64,000 bases of DNA from Camelus ferus (Eukaryota): NCBI RefSeq assembly GCF_009834535.1, contig NC_045696.1, forward strand, positions 16,866,001 to 16,930,000, written 5' to 3'. Made by a program: the position numbers and the translations under genes. The first letter of the stretch is position 1. Every line of letters begins with the position of its first letter. Shown one piece after another: positions 62,900-64,000 of the stretch. Under the pieces are notes generated by a model that searched no databases, was not told where the DNA came from, and saw nothing but the letters and a program-made list of their open reading frames with translations.

Positions 62900-63222
62900 T
62901 TCATACTCAGCCTACAAAGCCGAGTGACAGGTGGCCCATCTCTTGTCTTCCTCATCTCAAACCACAGCTCCCTCCTCTCACTCTGGCCTTTTCATTCTCA
63001 GAGCACACCAATCTTGCTCCGCCTTAGGGGCTTTGCACTTTACAGTTCATCTTTCCCCAAATCATCTTCTAATTTAGTTAGTGGCTCAAATGTCAGCTCT
63101 CTCAAATTAGCTTTTAATTCATCCCAGCTCACATGTCACTTCTTCAGAGGTATTTCCTATGGCCTTTAAATTCATGGATAACATCTGTCCCCTTGTTTCC
63201 TTTTCTTTGCAGTATGCTATTT
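62900..63222 (+). mobile_element. L2 fragment
   Basis: ctcactctggccttttca...cacaccaa.cttgctcc.ccttaggggctttgcactt, tcacatgtcacttcttcagagg. Confidence 0.65.
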
Positions 63223-63224
63223 GA

Positions 63225-64000
63225 TGTTATATAGTTTGCTAGGGCTATGTTAAGGAGGAAAAACTTTTTCTCCACCCTCTTAGTTTCTATCCCTATGGGC
63301 CTGTGAATTAAACTGACAAACAACAGTTTAACTGTTTGTTTGTATGCATATGGGAGCCAACAAAAGACATACATAACTTGCTAAATGGTTAAAATTAGAG
63401 GCTCCTGTACCTTTTTTGGTAGGGGAAAGGTAGAGAGGGAAGGCTTCAATGGAAAAAACAAATCAGTTCCTTTACAAAGACACGTAGGTTTTTAGGAGAA
63501 CAAAGGGGAGATAAGAAAATTTGTGATACGTTTGCTTATGCAGGTGTGAGTGGTCTTTCCATCTTGTTCATGGCCATGAAGCTTCCCCAGAGACATTAGA
63601 GGTACGTTTGCTCTTGGTCTCTCTCCTGGGAGTAGATTTTCCAGAGAGGGAATTTATGAAAGCCTCATTTCTCAGAAGTTGTTGCTTTTAATCAGATAAG
63701 TAAAGCTCCAAGAAGATGCCTTTTTGTCTTCTGTTGAATATCAAATCTTCAGCTTAAAATAATCTTCCTACTCCCAAAGGGTTCCAAGTAGATCTCTACA
63801 CCTTCCATAACAAAATTCCACTGACTGGGTGGCTCTACCAACAGAAATGTGTTCTCTCACCACTCTTCAGATTTTAAGTCCAAAATCAAGGTGTCAGCGG
63901 GGTTGGTTTCTTCTGAGGCCTGTTTCCCTGGCTTGAAGAAGGCCTGTTCTCTGTTTGTGCACGTCCCTGTTGCTTCTCAATGTGTTCAAATCTCTTCATC
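63225..64000 (-). mobile_element. MaLR LTR (MLT1B/C-like) split by an ERV1 LTR; runs off the window end
   Basis: tagtttgctagggct|[LTR]|..ccataacaaaattccac.gactgggtggct...aagtccaaaatcaaggtgtcagcggggttggtttcttctgagg. Confidence 0.8.
63248..63800 (-). mobile_element. ERV1-class solo LTR (MER34/MER39-like)
   Basis: TG...CA ends (tgttaaggaggaaaaa...tctctaca), aattaaactgacaaa, cttcagcttaaaataatc. It interrupts the MLT1 terminus. Confidence 0.7.

Overview
AT-rich, CpG-poor mammalian (eutherian) non-coding DNA, most likely from a camelid. The young LINE-1 3' ends match the camelid L1 tail as I recall it, and I see no ruminant, pig, primate or rodent SINEs. I found no credible protein-coding gene, tRNA, rRNA or CRISPR array. 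The ORF track consists of LINE-1 ORF2 remnants, microsatellite read-through and chance ORFs. A large part of the window is interspersed repeats: L1 of several ages, L2, MIR, MaLR/ERVL/ERV1 solo LTRs, MER2 and MER5A, several of them nested. The most distinctive feature is a cluster of three minus-strand, TSD-flanked retroposed RNAs within about 2.65 kb (5767-8413): a full-length U6 snRNA pseudogene, an unidentified ~135-bp orphan insert with a perfect 20-bp TSD, and a ~0.5-kb 5'-truncated retrocopy of what I recognise as the RBBP4 3' UTR. Also present are a twin-priming (5'-inverted) L1, two tailless internal L1 fragments, and ERV1 LTRs nested in MER2 and MLT1. I do not see evidence for a new biological system. 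Repeat family names and the RBBP4 assignment come from memory of consensus and mRNA sequences and need RepeatMasker/BLAST confirmation. Boundaries of old repeats are approximate.
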